Shown one piece after another: positions 60,642-64,000 of a stretch of DNA of 64,000 bases. Position 1 is the stretch's first letter. Each line of letters opens with the position of its first letter. The DNA is from an uncultured bacterium (GTDB taxonomy: Bacteria > Patescibacteriota > Minisyncoccia > Phycocordibacterales > GCA-2401445), in contig CALFYW010000016.1 of assembly GCA_937952265.1 (NCBI GenBank), positions 77,633 through 141,632 on the forward strand. Reading direction: 5' to 3'. The position numbers and the translations under genes are program-made. The notes under the pieces are model-generated. The model ran no database searches and was not told the DNA's origin. It was given only the letters and a program-made list of their open reading frames with translations.

Positions 60642-61013
60642 TTACACCACCTCAGGGGCTAGAGAAATAATTTTTTGAAAACCGCGCTCCCCGATTTCTC
60701 GTGGAATCGGCCCGAAGACACGGCCCGCGCGTGGTTCATTTTTTCCTTTTTCAATAATAACCACGGCGTTTTCATCAAAACGGACATAAGATCCATCTCT
60801 TCGGCGAAAAGGTGCGCGCTGGCGAACCACGACCGCATGTAACACCTCCTTTTTCTTCACTGCCTTGCGAGGTTCTGCAATCTGCACTGAAAGCACCACC
60901 ACATCCCCAATACGCGCAACTCTTCGATGCGCGTCTCCGAGTATCTTAAAGACTCGGCCGACTTTACCCCCCGAATTATCTGCTATGGTTACTAATGTTT
61001 GTGGCTGTATCAT
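60642..61013 (-). CDS. rplN: 50S ribosomal protein L14
   Basis: 'MIQPQTLVTIADNSGGKVGRV'. Confidence 0.9.
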   Translation of the reverse strand: MIQPQTLVTIADNSGGKVGRVFKILGDAHRRVARIGDVVVLSVQIAEPRKAVKKKEVLHAVVVRQRAPFRRRDGSYVRFDENAVVIIEKGKNEPRAGRVFGPIPREIGERGFQKIISLAPEVV

Positions 61014-61021
61014 ATTCAAAT

Positions 61022-61306
61022 TTATACCGCTGAAACGATACGAAATGTCTTATCCTTTGAAATAGGACGTGTCTCCTCAATAACGACATTGCTTCCAACA
61101 GGATGTGTATTCCCTTGATCGTGCGTTTTGTAGCGTTTTGAGTGACGAACGTATTTTCTATATTTTGGATGTTTAACATATCGGGTAACTGACACTACCG
61201 CAGTATCTTTCATCGCGCTTGAAACTACCGTACCAGAAAAACGCTTACGCTTTTTAAGTGGTGCGTCTTGGATAGCATGCTGATTCAATGTGTGTTTCTT
61301 TTCCAT
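61022..61306 (-). CDS. rpsQ: 30S ribosomal protein S17
   Basis: 'RFSGTVVSSAMKDTAVVSVTRYVKHPKYRKYV'. Confidence 0.9.
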   Translation of the reverse strand: MEKKHTLNQHAIQDAPLKKRKRFSGTVVSSAMKDTAVVSVTRYVKHPKYRKYVRHSKRYKTHDQGNTHPVGSNVVIEETRPISKDKTFRIVSAV

Positions 61307-61308
61307 AA

Positions 61309-61512
61309 TTATGAATGGTGCTGATCTCGACGAGAGCCCATCTCAGTCAATACGCGGGCAATATCTTTTCGGATCGATCGAGCCTCACGAACATTTCGAG
61401 ACTTACTTCCCGCAACCCCAAAACGTATCTCCCGAAGCGCCTCACGCTTTTGGGCAAGCAGTTTCAGTAAATCACTATCTTTTTTTTCTTTAAGAGATGA
61501 AGCCATATACAA
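61309..61512 (-). CDS. rpmC: 50S ribosomal protein L29
   Basis: 'LKEKKDSDLLKLLAQKREALREIRF'. Confidence 0.85.
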   Translation of the reverse strand: MYMASSLKEKKDSDLLKLLAQKREALREIRFGVAGSKSRNVREARSIRKDIARVLTEMGSRRDQHHS

Positions 61513-61517
61513 CGTCT

Positions 61518-61940
61518 TTATGATTCCCGTGCAACCACCTTACCTTTTATTGGAAGTTTGGCAAGGGCTTTAATAAGCATGGTTCGTGCTTCAGCATTAC
61601 CCACACCATCAACCTCAAAAATAATCCTTCCTGGGTGTACCTCTGCTTCATACCCTTGAGGATCACCTTTTCCTTTACCCATGCCTACTTCTGCTGGTTT
61701 TTGAGTATATGGGCGATCAGGAAAAATACGGATCCACATTTTTCCGGTCTTCCCCATTGAACGGGTAAGCACTTTTCGTGCTGCTTCAATTTGGTTTGAC
61801 CGAATCCGTGCGTAGGTAACTGATTTAAGTCCAAAGGACCCAAAAGAGATCGTCGTCCCTCGAGTTGCATTACGAATTTTCGACGGATTACGCCGCGCGG
61901 TTTGCCATTTTCGAAATTTTACTTTTTTAGGAAATAACAT
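61518..61940 (-). CDS. rplP: 50S ribosomal protein L16
   Basis: 'MLFPKKVKFRKWQTARRNP'. Confidence 0.95.
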   Translation of the reverse strand: MLFPKKVKFRKWQTARRNPSKIRNATRGTTISFGSFGLKSVTYARIRSNQIEAARKVLTRSMGKTGKMWIRIFPDRPYTQKPAEVGMGKGKGDPQGYEAEVHPGRIIFEVDGVGNAEARTMLIKALAKLPIKGKVVARES

Positions 61941-61948
61941 ATGCCAAA

Positions 61949-62614
61949 TTATGGACGGCTACGGCCAAATACTTCACCCCGGTAAATCCACACCCGCACC
62001 CCTAAATCGCCGTATGGCAAGTGGGCGCGGTCGCGGGCAAAATCGATATCTGCACGAAACGTCTGAAGCGGAATACGTCCTTTCTTCAATTCTTCACGGC
62101 GCGCCATATCAGCTCCCCCAAGGCGCCCTGAAAGAATAATGCGAACCCCCCGAACATCACGATTTGCCATTACCTTTTCTACCGTTTGTTTCGCAACACG
62201 GCGGAATGGCATCCGTTTTTCAAGACCGTCAACCACCATTGCAGCAACGATTGCCGCACGGGATTCTGGCGATCGAACCTCTTCAATATCAATTTTTAAT
62301 TCTCCATTAACTGACATTTTCTTCCGAGCAAGCACCTTCAATACATCGTTTCGTAAACGCTGTGAACCCTCGCCGCTTCGTCCAATAATGAGTCCTGGTC
62401 GAGATGTTTTAATAATGATACGGAGAGATTTTTCACCGCGCTCAATTTCAAGTGAATCCACATAAAGACCACGCAACCGCTTTTCAAGATATTCTCGAAG
62501 TACAATATCCTGCTTGAGATATTCGGTATACTTCTCCCGCACCCCAAACCAGCGAGATCTCCAATCTCGAATGATACCTAATCGATGTGCGTATGGGTGT
62601 ACTCGGTGTGTCAT
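61949..62614 (-). CDS. rpsC: 30S ribosomal protein S3
   Basis: 'MTHRVHPYAHRLGIIRDWRSRWF', KH domain. Confidence 0.95.
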   Translation of the reverse strand: MTHRVHPYAHRLGIIRDWRSRWFGVREKYTEYLKQDIVLREYLEKRLRGLYVDSLEIERGEKSLRIIIKTSRPGLIIGRSGEGSQRLRNDVLKVLARKKMSVNGELKIDIEEVRSPESRAAIVAAMVVDGLEKRMPFRRVAKQTVEKVMANRDVRGVRIILSGRLGGADMARREELKKGRIPLQTFRADIDFARDRAHLPYGDLGVRVWIYRGEVFGRSRP

Positions 62615-62616
62615 AA

Positions 62617-63015
62617 TTATTTTTGTTTAACCTCTTCGGTAACCGCCTTCACCTCCTCCTTCTTTTTCTTTGAAGGCTTAGAAGGAGAAGCTAGGACTTC
62701 TCCAAGCTCAACTTGAATATGGCTCGTTCGTTTTCGAATCGGAGTCGCGCGGCCAAATGCTCGTGGCATAAAACGTCGAAACGTTGCCCCTTCATTGACG
62801 GTAATATTTTTTACCACTAACGAATCTCCCGATGCGCCGTTTGTGCGCGCATTTGCTTCAGCAGATGCAAGTAATTTTTTAATGGCGTGACTTGCGCGTT
62901 TAGGCAAATATGAAAGCAGTATGAGCGCGTCAGCAACACGCTTACCCTTAATACTATCCGTGACCAGGCGAACCTTTCTGGGTGATTGCCGATAATTTGA
63001 GAGTGACGCTTTCAT
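62617..63015 (-). CDS. rplV: 50S ribosomal protein L22
   Basis: 'ASLSNYRQSPRKVRLVTDSIKGKRVADALILL'. Confidence 0.9.
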   Translation of the reverse strand: MKASLSNYRQSPRKVRLVTDSIKGKRVADALILLSYLPKRASHAIKKLLASAEANARTNGASGDSLVVKNITVNEGATFRRFMPRAFGRATPIRKRTSHIQVELGEVLASPSKPSKKKKEEVKAVTEEVKQK

Positions 63016-63045
63016 AATAATAAAGTCTTAATAGTCTCCTCGGTA

Positions 63046-63372
63046 TTACGCAGCTTTAGCCGCTTTTGCTGCCTCAATTTCTGCTTCTTTGCGCTTCTGA
63101 TCAAGTTCTTTTTGAATTTTTCCTCCGTGCCGAATGAACTTTCTCGTGGGTGAAAATTCTCCCAAACGATGCCCCACCATTTCTTCGGTAACAAATACTT
63201 CGATATGGTCTCGTCCATTATGTACTCCAAAGGTAAAACCGACCATTTCTGGTGAAATCTGGCTTCGACGGGCCCAGGTTTTAACCACACCAGCATCTCC
63301 CGGCTTTTTCCCCGAAATCTTCTTCATCAATTTCGGGTCAACGTATGGACCTTTTTTAAGTGATCGTGTCAT
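63046..63372 (-). CDS. rpsS: 30S ribosomal protein S19 with a Lys/Ala-rich C-terminal tail
   Basis: '[19 protein letters not shown]...[11 protein letters not shown]'. Confidence 0.9.
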   Translation of the reverse strand: MTRSLKKGPYVDPKLMKKISGKKPGDAGVVKTWARRSQISPEMVGFTFGVHNGRDHIEVFVTEEMVGHRLGEFSPTRKFIRHGGKIQKELDQKRKEAEIEAAKAAKAA

Positions 63373-63434
63373 ATATAAATACTACACTCGTGCTCTCGTG
63401 CGTTTGCACATCTTAACAGAATGTAAAAAAAGCG

Positions 63435-64000
63435 TCAAACAACGCCCAAACGCTTTTTACCGACTCGTCTTCGTGAGACAATCAATGCGTTTGAATACTT
63501 CTTAGCTCGGCGTGTTTTCTGACCCTTTCCGGTTGGTTTACCCCACAAACTCTTCGCTCGTCGCGTACCCCTGCCCTGCCGACCTTCACCACCACCATAA
63601 GGATGGTCAACCGGGTTCATTGCTGAACCCCGCACCGTTGGGCGAATCCCTTTCCATCGTGAACGGCCTGCTTTCCCAAACTGCGCAAGTTGATGCGCCT
63701 CATTTGAAACTGCGCCAATTGATGCCCACGCTTCTTCCCGAACTTTGCGGACCTCGGTTGAGGGCATTTTGAGATCTACGTATCCTGCATCACGAGCAAC
63801 CACTTCGGCGTGCACTCCTGCGCCACGAGCAAGCTTTGCACCACCCCCGGGCTTCACCTCAACATTGTACACAAAGGTTCCAACGGGAATACGCGCAAGT
63901 GGAAGGCGGTTGCCAGGAGCAATTTCCGCTTCAGGAGCAAAAAGTATCGCGTCTCCCGGTTTGAGTCCTTGTGGTACAAGCACATATGCCCGTTGCCCAC
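63435..64000 (-). CDS. rplB: 50S ribosomal protein L2, C-terminal part only. The gene runs off the window end
   Basis: 'VDHPYGGGEGRQGRGTRRAKSLWGKPTGKG' conserved L2 C-terminus. Confidence 0.9.
   Translation of the reverse strand, partial: GQRAYVLVPQGLKPGDAILFAPEAEIAPGNRLPLARIPVGTFVYNVEVKPGGGAKLARGAGVHAEVVARDAGYVDLKMPSTEVRKVREEAWASIGAVSNEAHQLAQFGKAGRSRWKGIRPTVRGSAMNPVDHPYGGGEGRQGRGTRRAKSLWGKPTGKGQKTRRAKKYSNALIVSRRRVGKKRLGVV

Overview
A 64-kb, mostly housekeeping bacterial chromosomal segment that reads with the standard genetic code: RF2 is present and UGA is used as a stop.

Gene content looks like a Patescibacteria/CPR-type or similarly reduced Gram-positive-like genome; this lineage assignment is inference only.

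- A complete type IV pilus locus (pilM-N-O, pilB, CheY-like regulator, pilT, pilC, pilA, pilD, four pseudopilins) next to comF.
- The 3' half of the S10-spc ribosomal cluster (partial rplB through secY-adk-map) on the minus strand, with no rpmD (L30) between rpsE and rplO.
- infC-rpmI-rplT, smpB followed immediately by tmRNA, argS, pyrG, ftsEX, prfB, gatCA, ligA, recG, ftsH, ndk and an RNase J-like beta-CASP nuclease.
- A MacAB-type efflux trio, two sensor kinases and several CheY-like receivers.
- Seven tRNAs: Thr-CGT, Thr-GGT, Asp, Met, initiator-like Met, Ser-GCT and an uncommon Ile-TAT.

Parts that look accessory or unusual:

- (i) The first ~4.3 kb is markedly AT-rich and encodes a PLP-decarboxylase, a GT2 glycosyltransferase, a SAM-methyltransferase and a sulfotransferase.
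- (ii) A ~1-kb ORF-less, GC-rich, highly self-complementary block sits after argS (6225-7195). It is flanked by an unannotated 56-aa ribbon-helix-helix gene.
- (iii) Two short GC-rich elements, ~170 and ~190 bp, lie immediately 3' of tRNA-Asp and of tmRNA. Each is bounded by a 19-20-nt direct duplicate of the RNA gene's 3' end. They share a core (GAGCGAAGCGAGA..GCGAGC) with each other, and further motifs with the large GC-rich block, suggesting a family of miniature integrative elements or structured RNAs.
- (iv) A GIY-YIG gene is bracketed by a 16-nt repeat of the tRNA-Ser 5' end.
- (v) A membrane-anchored protein with an HEPN-type Rx4H motif sits beside the tRNA cluster.
- (vi) A standalone MshEN-like domain gene overlaps a degenerate receiver.

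Hand-derived coordinates (tRNAs, repeats, revised starts) are approximate to within ±2 nt.
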